From Camelus dromedarius (Eukaryota), in contig NC_087436.1 of NCBI RefSeq assembly GCF_036321535.1, positions 37,450,001 to 37,514,000 on the forward strand: a DNA stretch of 64,000 bases, written 5' to 3'. The notes beneath the pieces were generated by a model that was not told where the DNA came from, searched no databases, and worked only from the letters and a program-made list of their open reading frames with translations. A program made the position numbers and the translations under genes. Positions 52,701 to 64,000 of this stretch are shown in pieces. Position 1 is the first letter of the stretch. The number at the start of each line of letters is the position of its first letter.

Positions 52701-52814
52701 AAAGAAAAAGTCCTATTTTGCCATGGCTAGCTGTGGCCCGCATTATTTCATAAGAAGAGAAATCGTGACTATGGAAAACTCCAATACTCAGTGTTACACG
52801 TAAGCATGACCTAG

Positions 52815-53660
52815 GGCACGAGAAAGGGGGTGGGAAGCAGAAAATGGGGAGCCCGGGAGGAGGTTCCCTCGCCGTGAGGATGCGGAGGCGGCGGCCACGC
52901 CACTGAAGCGGTGGGTGAGTGGAGCGCTGCCGAGCTCCAGCCCCACCCTCTGCCGCTCCGGGGCGGGTGCGCCGTCCTCGCACCGGAAGGCTGGGGAGCC
53001 AGAGGCGGGGGGACCGTCGCGCGGTGCTCCGGCACTCCGGAGGGCCACAGAGAAGAGCAAGAGAACTTTGAACCTGAACAGTTTTGGTCAATGGGATAGC
53101 CTCCCACGCTTTGGCTTCCCGCTGCTTGACTGTGGATAGAGCCCTGCGCTGCTTTCCTTCCCCCGAACATCGGAGGTGCAAGCGGGAGCACCCCCTCGAG
53201 CCCGAGTCCGGAGCGGAGGCTGTCCCGGCCTGTCCCCCGGCAGCCTGCGCCTCGCGCGCGGCGCGGGAGTCCTCGCCCCGGACAGTGGATGGCGCTCAGG
53301 GCGCGCGCGGCATGCAGTCGCTCAACATCACCCCGGAGCAGTTCTCCCGGCTGCTGCGGGACCACAACCTGACGCGGGAGCAGTTCATCGCGCTGTACGG
53401 GCTGCGGCCGCTTGTCTACACCCCCGAGCTGCCTGGGCGCGCCAAGCTGGCCTTCGTGCTCACCGGCGTGCTCATCTTCGCCCTGGCGCTCTTCGGCAAT
53501 GCACTAGTGGTCTACGTGGTGACCCGCAGCAAGGCCATGCGCACCGTCACCAACATCTTCATCTGCTCCTTGGCTCTGAGCGACCTGCTCATCGCCTTCT
53601 TCTGCATCCCGGTCACTATGCTCCAGAACATCTCCGACAACTGGCTGGGAGGTGAGTCCA
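52815..53660. promoter_or_regulatory. CpG island / QRFPR promoter and 5' UTR with GC boxes
   Basis: Abrupt switch to GC-rich, CpG-dense sequence in an otherwise CpG-depleted window. Sp1-like GGGGCGGG near 52960 and GAGGCGGGG near 53002. No TATA box is evident. Confidence 0.88.
53312..53651 (+). CDS. QRFPR: Pyroglutamylated RFamide peptide receptor (GPR103), coding exon 1 (N-terminus, TM1, TM2)
   Basis: ATG at 53312 (ggcATGc) translates MQSLNITPEQFSRLLRDHNLTREQFIALYGLRPLVYTPELPGRAKLAFVLTGVLIFALALFGNALVVYVVTRSKAMRTVTNIFICSLALSDLLIAFFCIPVTMLQNISDNWLG. This is the recognisable QRFPR N-terminus with class A GPCR GN (TM1) and LAxSD (TM2) motifs. The exon ends at a canonical donor G|GTGAGT after 340 nt (phase 1). 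Confidence 0.97.
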
Positions 53661-54049
53661 CGCCCTCTCCTTCTCCCCTAAGTCCCCAACCTTCCAGGTC
53701 CCCTCACTCCCCAACATATACCCTACTCTTCTGACTTTCTTGTATTTTTCTTGGTGCCAAATGAATCCAGTGCCCTTTCTTAGAACTTTCTCAACTGCGC
53801 ACCCTTGGAGATAAGTTTTTTGCTGCCTTTGATTCTGTTCCAGCGTTTTTCTCCTCATCGCTTAGAGATGGAAGTAAGGGAAATGCTTAGGAGAGGTTCA
53901 GGGCAGCAAGATGGGAAGTCGCACCACTCTTCAGTTGTTTCAGCTCCCCTTTCCATAATTACCAGGATTTTCCCCCTATTTTTTAAAATAACAGTGAGAT
54001 AAAATATTTCAAATAATTAAAGCTCCAACATTCTCCCATTTTTAAGTTT

Positions 54050-54086
54050 TATATATATATGTATACACACACACACACATATATAT
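54050..54086. repeat. (TA)n(CA)n compound microsatellite in intron 1
   Basis: tatatatatatgtatacacacacacacacatatatat. Confidence 0.85.
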
Positions 54087-56593
54087 TAAACTTTAAAACA
54101 AATATAATGCATTTGCAGAATAAAAATCTTGAACTGTCCTTTTTAAAAAATATATTAACAGAGTCACACAGGGAGAAGGAACACAAAATATGTGTCCTGA
54201 CTGATAAAGGAGGAGAGATTAATTTCTCGTCCTTCCTTAGAAGGGGAGCAGAAATGGCAGAGAACCATTCCGAGTCATTGTTGGGAGCAGTGTGTGGAGA
54301 AAAACTGGCACTGCACTTCACCAAATGATCCAGTCCTTCCAAAGAGACACAACTAGAGTGTGTCTTTGTAATCCATAAGCAGTCATTGAGTGTATTTGCA
54401 CCAATGCTTAAGATGTACCTTGAGGAGGGAGCATTGGTTATACCTGTGCTTTTATGGGTTGGTGTATTCTTATGGCCACATCAAAATTCTTATAAAGTGT
54501 CTGGAAATATAGAGGGAATGTGAGAGAAATGAACTATTATTTGTCTTCAAGCTCTGCTGTTTCCACCCCTTGGCAAATTACTTTTATTCTCACAGCAAGT
54601 GTTTCTTTCACCCTATCATTACCATTTTGAGATCTTCAATTTATCTCTCTGGTGTTGCTTTTTTTCATTAATTTGCACTAAGTTTATTGTTAGTAGATCA
54701 GGATGCTAAAATCTTTGATTCCCATCTCGTCTATGATGTAAATAATTTCCCAAATGCACTAAACATCAGAGTACATAGCGTTGGCTTGAAAGTGACACAT
54801 AATGCAGAGTCATAAGTTGACGTACAGACTTTTTATGCACTCTGATGAAATCATTGCACTTGGGCATTCTGAAGTTGCCAAGTGCAGCTAACTCCACAGA
54901 GTGAATTTCTAAATGCTTGTGAAGGCAGATTTCTGAAGCATGTTTGTATTGCTGGCTGATTATGACGCCATTTGTAAAGATGAACGTAGTTCAGCAAAGT
55001 GGGTTTTTATACTGGGAATCAAAAGACCTGGATTATTACTTTGACATTAATATAGGTTAATTCCACATGTCAAGACTTAGTTTTTCAATCAAATACTAAG
55101 GATTCTGGAAGCTTGGAAGTGGAATGAGGCAAATCTTTAGCACTTATTATCGGAGAACAACGCCTGGGGAAGACTGCACGGTGGACCTTCCCTCCTGAGA
55201 ACTCTGGTGGGCACTGCCAAGATTTTTCTCAAACTTTCTGTTTTCCTAATAAATGGTGGACATCTCACTTTAACTTCTAAATGCTGACAAAGGGTAATAC
55301 ATTGTTTATGTATATTTCGGGGTTAGTGTGAGGATAAAGTGTTTTAGAAAAAGTGCTTTGAAAAAACTGATCATTCCATGAAAATGTAAGGTGTTAATTC
55401 TTTTAAGGAGTGTTTAACTGGAGACAGCTTATGTTCATCTGGGACCAGATTTATAGAATAAAGATTCTTGTAAATTGAATAAGCAACACCAAAGCTGAAG
55501 TTCAGAGGAGAGGAGAGATCTTGCAAGGGTACTAGAGATAGTGGTGCAAAGAGAACTAACTTGTACTTTACAGGAGAGGGTAATAATTGCAAAACTCCCT
55601 TGATAAATGAACAAAAGAGAGTTCAAGGGACTACAATCTAAGTGTCAAGAAGGCTTCACTGAAGTGGGGATCTTGATGAATTCAGACTGGTTCCAGCAAA
55701 GAAAGAAGGATGGAGTACTTCCAGGAATGGGGGTCTACCTAAAGTGTGGAGGAAGGGGGGAGGGTATAGTAATTTTAAAAATAATTAAAATAATAACAAC
55801 AACAATAATAAAAAGTAATTAAATAAATCAAACTAATTACCTCCTCTTCTCCCCCCCAAAAATAATAAAGTGTGAAGGAAAGAAAGAAGGTAATAGAGTC
55901 CAAGGACACTGCGTAAGGAAGGCATTTCAAGAATATATAGTTTACACGTGGGGAATGTGGGAGGAAATGAGACAGAAAGGTAGGTTAGTGCAACTGGAGA
56001 GGAAAAGGTGTATTAAAAGTTCTGTAAATCCTAAGATATGAACACCCCTGAAATTCCTTCAGGAGTAAGGTCGGAAATATAAACAAGCAGTGAAGACTAC
56101 CAGGAGGTGACAGTGGCAGAAGGGCGACTGGGTGTCTCCCAGGGGTGGGATTTCTGCAGGCCAGGCCAGGTGTGTGCCCAGGGTTAGCACATCTTCTTTT
56201 GTTGTCATTGCTATTGCCTTAATTATGGTTTTTTTTCCCCAGAGAGAAATTCCCACCCTGGGAATCCTGATTTTTGTAATGTTGGCATTTAATTCAGATT
56301 TTTAAAATAAAATACAGTTGGGTGACAGAAAACCTCTCTGTGGGTTTGGCCACAAATCATGGGCCTCCAGTTTGTGACTTCTCTACAAAGTGTTTCTGAC
56401 AATGGTAGAGCTGGAAATGACGATTTCTTTCTTCTTTTAGTCCACTCATTTCCCTTGTTAGGGACAGAAGGTGACTTCTGAGTCAGAGTCTACATTTTGA
56501 TAAGGTCTCTAGGTGACTCACATGCACATGAAAATCTGAGAAGCACCACTTTTCAGACTTGGTTGTACGGAGAATCTCCTGAGGGGCTTTTTA

Positions 56594-57040
56594 GTTTTTT
56601 TGAAGTATACTGGATTTACAGTATTGTATTCATTTCAGGTGTACAGCATAGTGATTCAGTTACACATATTTATATTTTTTCAGATTATTTTCCATTATAG
56701 GTTATTATAAGATATTGAATATAGTTCCCTGTGTTCCCTGTAAATCCCTGTTATTTATCTTTTTTTTTATTTGGTGGTGTCTATCTGTTAATTCGATACT
56801 CATAATTTACCCCTCCCTCATCCTGTTCCCCTTTGGTAACCATAAGTTTGTTTCCTATGTCTGTGAGTCTCTTGCTGTTTTGTATATAAATTCATTTGTA
56901 TTATTTTTTCTAGATTCCACATATAAATGATACCATATAATATTTTTCATTCTCCGTATGACTTACTGCATTTAGTATGATAATCTCTAGGTCCATCCAT
57001 GTTGCTGCAAATGCCAATATTTCATTCTTTTTTATGGCTG
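56594..57040 (-). mobile_element. 5'-truncated L1 3' end, antisense in intron 1, inserted in a MER5-like relic
   Basis: tttcaggtgtacagcatagtgattcagtt...ccatgttgctgcaaatgcc, with TSD ctga(g/a)gggcttttta at 56579-93 and 57038-52. Confidence 0.88.
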
Positions 57041-57104
57041 AAGGGCTTTTTAAAGTGAACTGTGCCAGCCCCAGTCCAGCCTAGTTGCATCTGACTCTCT
57101 GAAG

Positions 57105-57280
57105 TCAGTGTGTGCTGACTTACAGAGTGCATTGTGCACATCTCTGCCCAGTTCCCTGTTTGGGGACATTATGTTGTCGGCTTGAAATTGCTCGTGGCAA
57201 GAGTATTTACACCATGGAAATTGGCAGCTACAAGTTAGGCCTTTAAAAAAAACCCACATAGTTGTTACCCAGCATACTAA
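57105..57280. mobile_element. MER63A-like hAT-Blackjack relic
   Basis: attgtgcacatctct...gcttgaaattg...gagtatttacaccatggaaattggca. Confidence 0.7.
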
Positions 57281-57971
57281 TGAGCAAAGCCATTGAGTTC
57301 CTCTTTGTATAGTGATGGCACCATGAACAACAGGGGAGACAATGTGTATCCATAAATATTTAGTTTATTTACGTGAATTACATGCAACTCACAAGGAGAT
57401 ACGAATGATCCTCAGCATCTAAATGTTGCCCATCATCGAGGCAAGCTGATGTGCAATCTCCTTCATATACCCTGCATTACCACCCTAATATTGGCTATCT
57501 TCGACCTACCAACTGGCTCATTCCCACAGTACCCCTCAAACTTCTTCCAGGATAGAGCGAGCAGGAGTGGGGATTCGCTTCCCCCAAGAATGATATATAA
57601 CATTTGCTTCTGACTTTTCTTTTATCACTAATATGAGGATGGAGTTGTATTGCCATAGCATTTAAGAGTCAGGCCTTGGAAATTCCGTTTCTGTTCTACT
57701 CTCTGATCTACTTAGTTGGACTCTAGCAGGGAACTTGCCCATTGTGTGTCTGGGGCCATGGAATTTACCTCTCCTTATCTGTAGCCTGTTCTTCATTTTG
57801 TGTCTTTCTTTCTTCTCCTTTTATTTCTTTCTTCACAATACTTGCATTTTCCTCCAAATACACTGACTGAATGTGTTCTATTTTTTCCAGCTGAATTCAG
57901 GGTAATACATTTTACTTCTGAGTAGTGGTCCAGAACACTTTGCTCTCTTCTCTATGTTTCCATAAACTTCT

Positions 57972-58472
57972 TCTTTTTTTTTTTTTTTAACATTTTTTAT
58001 TGATTTATAATCACATTTGACAATTTGTGTCAAATTCCAGTGTAAAGCAGAATCCCCCAGCTATACATGAACATACATACATTCACCATCACACCCTCCT
58101 CTCTGTGAGCTACCACAAGATCCCATGCATACCTCCCTGTGCTATACAGTATAATCTTGTTTATTTATTCTACAATTTTGAAATCCCAGTCTGTCCCTTC
58201 CCATCCTCCGCCCCCTTGGCAACCACAAGTTTGTATTCTATATCTGTGAGTCTGTTTCTGTTTTGTACTTAAGCTTTGTTTGTTTGTTTGTTTGTTTGTT
58301 TGTTTTAGATTCCACATATGAGCGATCTCATATGGTATTTTTCTTTCTCTTTCTGGCTTACTTCACTTAGAATGACATTCTCCAGGAGCATCCACGTTGC
58401 TGCAAATGGCATTATGTTGTTGGTTTTTATGGCTGAGTAGTATTCCATTGTATAAATATACCACCTCTTATT
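57972..58472 (-). mobile_element. Young 5'-truncated L1 (about 500 bp), antisense in intron 1, with clustered A-to-G hypermutation
   Basis: Poly(T) followed by the reverse complement of an L1-D/F-type 3' UTR and ORF2 end, with internal (TTTG)n. Flanked by a 26-bp direct repeat. Confidence 0.93.
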
Positions 58473-59591
58473 TCTTCTCTAGGTTTCCACAAACTTCTCT
58501 TTTCCATCTTTGTTATCTTTATGTCTCTGTCTCTTTCTTTATGCTCTGCTTTTTAATGGTTCTCACATTTACCCTTAATTTTTAAGAGTGTGTTGCCAAA
58601 GCCTAGTATACAATGTCTTTTCTTTCATTATTCATTTTTGCATTAAGGCTATAGTCAGGACTCTCGTTTCTTTGCTGATGATTCTGAAATAAGTATCTAA
58701 TCATTATCGTAAACCATAGTCTCTCACCTGATCTGAAGACTAGGCATTTACACATGGATATCTTGCCTGCCTCCAGTACTCTCTCACCCTATTTTGTCCC
58801 TCTGCCCAGGTCTAAACTGTTATTAATAGTACCACCAGTCATTCTTGTACGCAGCATTTCTTAGGTATCGGCCGTTGTGTCCTGGATATTTTAGGTGTTG
58901 AGAAAGCTGTGCCCTTGTGGAATAGCTAGTTTCACATAGAGCAAGAGGGGGAAGGAAGCATTCAAAGAGAAGATAGAGAATGCAGAGGATTTTCTTGATA
59001 TTAGTGTTCCAGAGTGCACAGTGGTGCAAGCACGGTGGAAGTGTTGGAGGGGAATTTGTGTCAGATTGGGATGAGCTTGTATGAGGATCAAGGCCAAGGG
59101 ATGGTCTAAGAGAATGGAACTTGTGGTGACAGGGAAATGTGAAGTTGAGGCTTGGGGGGATTAATTCTGAAGACCTCCCAGAAGGAAGTGGAAAATCAGT
59201 GCTAATTCTAATCTTTTATGGTTCTTAGCATTAATAAGGAGAGATGGGGAATGTCTGTGGGAGGAGTGGAGTGATGGCTTTGCTAGGAGCCCACAGGGCT
59301 CTGTGCCCCTTTCTTCCTGCTGTGGATGTAGTTCCAGCCAGAGGAAAGAACCGACTTCCCAGCTGTGCGCGGAGCTCCGTGGCTCCTCCTGCAATCCTGC
59401 TGTGGGCAGTGAAAAGAACTTTCTAATGGTGGCTGACAAACTGAGTAAAAGCTCTTCCAGAAAAAGAGTTCCAAAAATACCCTAAGTAATGGCAGTGTCC
59501 GTGGGAGAAGTACACATTTGATGACTACTAGCTTGGGTGGTCAAATGTAAAAATTAATTTCCTCATCAGCTCATATGAGAATTCCTCCTAG

Positions 59592-59765
59592 ACCAGTGGT
59601 TCTCAACTTCCCAGAGGATCACGTGGGGAGTTTTTTAAATGATGCTGGATTCCTTACCCCTAGAGATTTTGATTTAATTGATCTGAATGATACCTGGGTA
59701 TCAGATTTTCAAAAGTTCCCCAAAAGAAAAGGTTATAATTTGTAGCCCAGGTTGGGAACCACTGA
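59592..59765. mobile_element. MER5-family relic
   Basis: cagtggttctcaac ... gttgggaaccactg inverted termini. Confidence 0.75.
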
Positions 59766-61069
59766 TGTAGTTCAAATGCTGAAGATTAAAAGAAATAATG
59801 TATGTAAAGTACTTAAATGGCACAATGCCTGTCACATGTACCAGCACAATATAGCTATTATATATTTTTTTAAAATAGCAACTGGAGTTGGAATGATTGG
59901 AAAATGCAGAAGTAGGTTGCATAAAATGGAGTCCAACATGGAACTCTGAAGCAGTTCTTTCATTGTGTGCAGCCAATCACATCTTTACTGAAGCCCTTGA
60001 CCTTTTCAGAGTCTTTCAAAATGGATTTGGGAAGAAGTCAAAAATGATGAACATGTTGGGATCTAAGATAGGCAAAGAAGGACTGGAAGAATGATTCTCT
60101 CACCTGGAAACTAGAACTTTAATTCTAAACTAGCACAGCCCACAACAAGGTCTTAGGTCTGTTTTATCCCGAGTCATAGTGGCTGATGTGGGTGTGACAG
60201 GATTAAGCAAAGCTCCCAAGCTTCCTCAGAACTACGCCTTTCTCTCTTTTTAATAGATCAGGTTTTGCATGAAAAAGAATTTTCCCGCAGGAAGGACCAA
60301 CGTACCAGAGGGAGGATAGGAGGGGAAGAAAGAACACTCACTGCACTCAGCATGACTAATTTAGGTGTGTTTTTAGAGATTTTAAGATAATAAGTTGTGA
60401 AATGGGCTACTAAAAGAAGTTATTGAAATTTTATTTTTTGGTGAAATGATCTCAGTTCTTTAGACAACTTCAGAGCATGGGGATTAGACTGGAATGTCTG
60501 GTCTGTTTTATCATCTGATTCATGGTTAAAAACATCACTTTTCTATAACATTTCAGAAACTTCAGAATCCTAGGGGGAATTTTAATTTGATGAGACTGAT
60601 GTGAAATCAACAATATTACGGGGCTTTTAAAAAATCTTTTAACAGTCATGATGAAAGCTGTGGGAAAAGAATAGTCTCATTAAAGTAGAGAAGTTTAAAA
60701 AAATAAAAGAAATGAATGAAAGGGAGGCCCAACAGCAACAACACTTTGGAAGTAAAATTTAAAAAAAAGTTGTGCCCTGGGGCTAGCCTGGGGGTGATCC
60801 TCCCTAGAATCAATTATGTACATGCTTTGAGAAGAAAAGATGCCAGGGGATCAAGACAATTACTAAATTCTCTTGGGACATCAGAGCTGGGCAGTAACAG
60901 CAATGGGATTTATATAAAAGATTCTTTCTACTTAGGCACAGGATTTTACAGTTAAAGGATTTAACAATGAGACAGTTTGAAAAATTTCATTGTGCACGTA
61001 GGAAAATAAAAGGAATCTTTTTAAATTTGCTTTTCTGTAGCATAGCTCAGCATATTCTTTGATCAGTGG

Positions 61070-61960
61070 TTGGTTTATTAGGATTCTTGTTGTGAGTAGA
61101 ATAGCCCAACTTTAACTAAAGGAAATAGAGGAATATTCTGTCTCAAGAAACTGTGAAGCTCAGAATTAGAGATAGTTTCAGGCACAGCTGGATCCAGGTC
61201 CTCCAACAATGGCTCCAGGGCTTTGCCAGTCTCCCTTTGTTCCTAGCTTCACTTCCTTCTTTATTGTAGTTTCATTCTTGGGCTGTCTTTTGTCAGGTAT
61301 GTGAAAGATGGTCCCTGGAGCTATAAGCTTACATTTTCTTTAAAACTCCCTGTCTCAACTCAAGCGTCTATCACAGTTGAATGAATAGACAAAGTGTGCT
61401 ATATATACATAATAAAATACTGCTCAGCCAAGTTCTGATAATAAACATTCTGCTAAATGAAATAAACCGGACACAAAAATGATAACTTTTATGATTCCAT
61501 TCATGTTTGCCTATCTAAAAGAGACAAATTCATAGAGCTAGAAAGTAGATTACACATTATTTGGGGGCTGAAGGGGAAGAGAAATAAAGAGTTATTGCCT
61601 AATAGGTATAGACTTCTGTTTGGGGTGATGAAAATGTTTTGGAAGACAGTAGTGACGGTTGCACGACATTGTGAGGTAATTAATGCCAGTGAATTGTATA
61701 CTTAAAATGTTTAAAATTACAAATTTTATGTTATATACATTTTACAATAAAAATTTTCCAAAAAAATTAAAGAAAAATTTCCTCCTTATATCAGGAGGTG
61801 AGAGAGGATCTTTCCTGGTAGCTGCAAAATGCTCTGGAGAATTCCAGACAGCTTAGCATCATTCTCTTACCCATAGAATCCATCACTGTGGCCCAAGCTA
61901 TGAAATCCTCTGCTCAAGTATCAGTCATGTACCCATGCTGGTGGGGAAATACAGGGGGGG
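61070..61960. mobile_element. Old MLT1-type LTR interrupted by a + strand L1MB-like 3' end (about 61360-61775)
   Basis: MLT1J/K-like ttcaggcacagctggatccagg. The insert has tgaatgaatagacaaagtgtg...ttggggtgatgaaaatgttttgga...ttttacaataaaa. Confidence 0.6.
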
Positions 61961-62009
61961 AGGGCCAGGGCCACCCCCACTTCAATGACTCGGATTGAGT
62001 AGAGTTGCT

Positions 62010-62640
62010 ATGGGGAGATGAGGGGAACAGCTCCACCACGGCACCCTGGCAACCTTGCACATCTTCCTATAGGACAGGTAGGCAAGGCTTAACCACCATC
62101 TGACCTGAGTCTTGGCAGAATGCCTGGTGACACCTGGAGCAGGGGGAGAAAAGCCTGGTGGGTAGCCATGGTGAGGCAAGTCTCTGTCCCTGTTTCCTGG
62201 GGGACTGACCACTTCTCATCCATCCCCCTAGTTTGATTTTACTAGAACACCGGACTTCCCACCGTGCCCCCACTTCAGGCCCAGCTACAGGCCTTTGTGT
62301 AAGTCTGTAAAATTGCTTTTACTTTAGGGTAGAGGGGGTGGTCCTCATCTGCAGAGTACCCATTGTTCATGCCATCGGCCTCCTGGCCATTCAGGTTTGG
62401 TGTCTTCTTTGGGCTGAGGGACCCAGGGAGCTGACACCGTGTTGATCTTGTTTTACTGGTTGTGTTTTTACCTTGTCTCCTTACTGACAGAATCTGTGCA
62501 GTAGGAGTACTTCTGCCCTCTTAGCCACCACACTGCTGTTTGGGAATGCTTGACACTCGACAGGAAGTTATCCTGAAGGTAGGAAGGCATGCAAGTTAGA
62601 CGATCGTGCTTAATAGAGTTGCCTGCCTGTGGCTACTGGA
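62010..62640. mobile_element. Probable old ERV LTR
   Basis: GC-richer block with LTR-like motifs (ggtcctcatctgcagagtacccattgttca, gaggggacccagggagctgacacc). Family not assigned. Confidence 0.4.
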
Positions 62641-63649
62641 CTGAGTCTGACTGATGGAAACTATAAGCTCCCCAAACATACGTCTTCCATCTTTGGTTTC
62701 TTTGATGTCCTCCCACAGAGCATAAGCTCCGGGCTAGGTTTTTCAGGACCAAGCTCAACCAGAGTTTTGAAGAGCCTCCCCTGGTGACCTCTCCTGGTCT
62801 GGAATGGATGCGGGCATCTCCCTGAGTTGCTCCCACCACCATTACACGCTTCTTTTCAGTTCCTTGAGCCGCCATGCAGCTGCTTTCTCCTGGTGCTGGA
62901 GATAGGCCTTCTCCCTCTGCTAAGGAATTATTGAAAGGTCAGTGAACCGGCTCTGGGAACTCCATCTTGGCAGTTCCTTCTTAGTCTGTCTCTAAAAAGG
63001 ATTTAGCAGAAGCTGAACTTCTTGCTTCTTTTCCTATCTTAAAACTATGGATTTCTAGTGATTGATGTTGAAGTACTCAAGTAAGTGTTTATTGTTTGTA
63101 TCTATCTATGCAAAACTAAATTTGTTCTCCCTATGGCTGTGTTTCTGAGAAATACATCACCTTTTATACCAGAAAGATTGCAGATTATTAAGTCTCCTTA
63201 TAACATGTTCTCATATCCTGGGAGAAATAGAAGAGTCAGATTGTTTGGTACAGTGAAAATGAACATGTACTTTAAAGTCAGACAGTCTTAGTTCTAACTC
63301 TGTTCTACCATTTACTGTATTAAACAGATTGTAGGTTACATTTCCTTGCACTCTATCTGCCCCCATTAGAAGACGAAGCAAAGAAGTTAATAATGGATGC
63401 TGCTGCCCCACAGTGGTCAGTGCAGCCCCAGAAACTACAAGAAAGATGAAGTTTTACATCGTACTATATTTTAACAAAAATATTCATGCATATCCAGTTC
63501 TGATGATATCCCATTGGATTTCAGTATGAAGCAGCTAGTATTTACCTATTTTCACCTGTAAAACTTGAAAGCCCCTTTCAATATACGGATGAAGAAACAT
63601 TAACATTATTCAAAAAAAAAAACTTCCTGTGAAATTGAGATACCTGCAG

Positions 63650-63815
63650 ACATTACAGGTTGGTAAACACTGTGTTTGGTGTTGGGACAATTATTTAATT
63701 TCTCTTTGCTCTAATTCCCTCATCTGTAAGCTTGGGAAAACCTATGCCCACCTTACAGGGCTGCTGTGAGAATGAATGACCCCACGTGGAAAGGACCTGG
63801 CACTTAGAGGGGACC
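63650..63815 (+). mobile_element. MIR SINE
   Basis: ttgggacaattatttaatttctct...ccctcatctgtaag...ttacagggctgctgtgagaatgaatga. Confidence 0.7.
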
Positions 63816-63869
63816 CAATAGAAAGAAACAGATTGTTATTCACAGCTGTGAAGTATTAATCAACAAATC

Positions 63870-64000
63870 AGACTAAACCAAAACAAACACGTAGATACAG
63901 AGGACAGAGTAGTGGTTACCAAGGGGAAGCAGGGAGGGCAAAATGGGTCAAGGGAGTCAACTCTATGGTGATGGATGGAAACTAAGCTTTTAGGGGTAAG
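63870..64000 (+). mobile_element. L1 3' UTR fragment (runs off the window)
   Basis: aaacaaacacgtagatacagaggacagagtagtggttacc...caactctatggtgatggatggaaacta. Confidence 0.75.

Larger units (their letters stand above)
53652..64000 (+). other. QRFPR: QRFPR intron 1 (continues beyond the window)
   Basis: Starts at the GTGAGT donor. No TM3-encoding exon was recognised downstream in the window, and the sequence is AT-rich and repeat-laden. Confidence 0.8.

Noticed and set aside
53269..53289. REST/RE1 site in the QRFPR 5' UTR
   Set aside because: Only the GGACAG half-site matches, and the CAGCACC half is absent.
52654..53655. Long overlapping ORFs (175, 184 and 159 aa) around the promoter
   Set aside because: Expected stop-codon scarcity in a CpG island, Arg/Pro/Ala-rich with no recognisable domain.
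53084..53734. 216-aa ORF as a complete single-exon protein
   Set aside because: It starts at a TTG and reads through the GTGAGT donor into the intron. Only 53312-53651 is QRFPR coding.
62633..62875. Minus-strand ORF MAAQGTEKKRVMVVGATQG resembling a Rossmann-fold start
   Set aside because: The similarity does not extend beyond a few residues, and the DNA looks more like degenerate L2.

Overview
Mammalian genomic DNA, most likely a camelid: it carries a short tRNA-derived SINE of the vic-1 type and artiodactyl-like LINE-1s. The only protein-coding gene segment is coding exon 1 of QRFPR (GPR103, the 26RFa/QRFP receptor) at 53312-53651 (+), inside a CpG island and followed by intron 1 to the end of the window. 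Upstream, about 3.9-37.5 kb is an almost continuous pile of nested, mostly + strand LINE-1 elements, several retaining 5' UTRs. Old L2, MIR, MER and MLT relics are scattered elsewhere. Nearly all ORF-track entries are broken L1 ORF1/ORF2 pieces or chance ORFs. The most unusual signals are: (1) an antisense intronic L1 3' end with a dense, localised cluster of A-to-G changes on its sense strand, resembling ADAR hyper-editing fixed by retrotransposition; (2) a 4-bp frameshift shared only by two neighbouring young L1 copies; (3) a young L1 whose 5' UTR is fused directly into ORF1 and which lacks a target-site duplication (TSD); and (4) an overlapping uORF on QRFPR. Repeat family names come from recalled consensus motifs, not a database search, and repeat boundaries are approximate unless a TSD is given.
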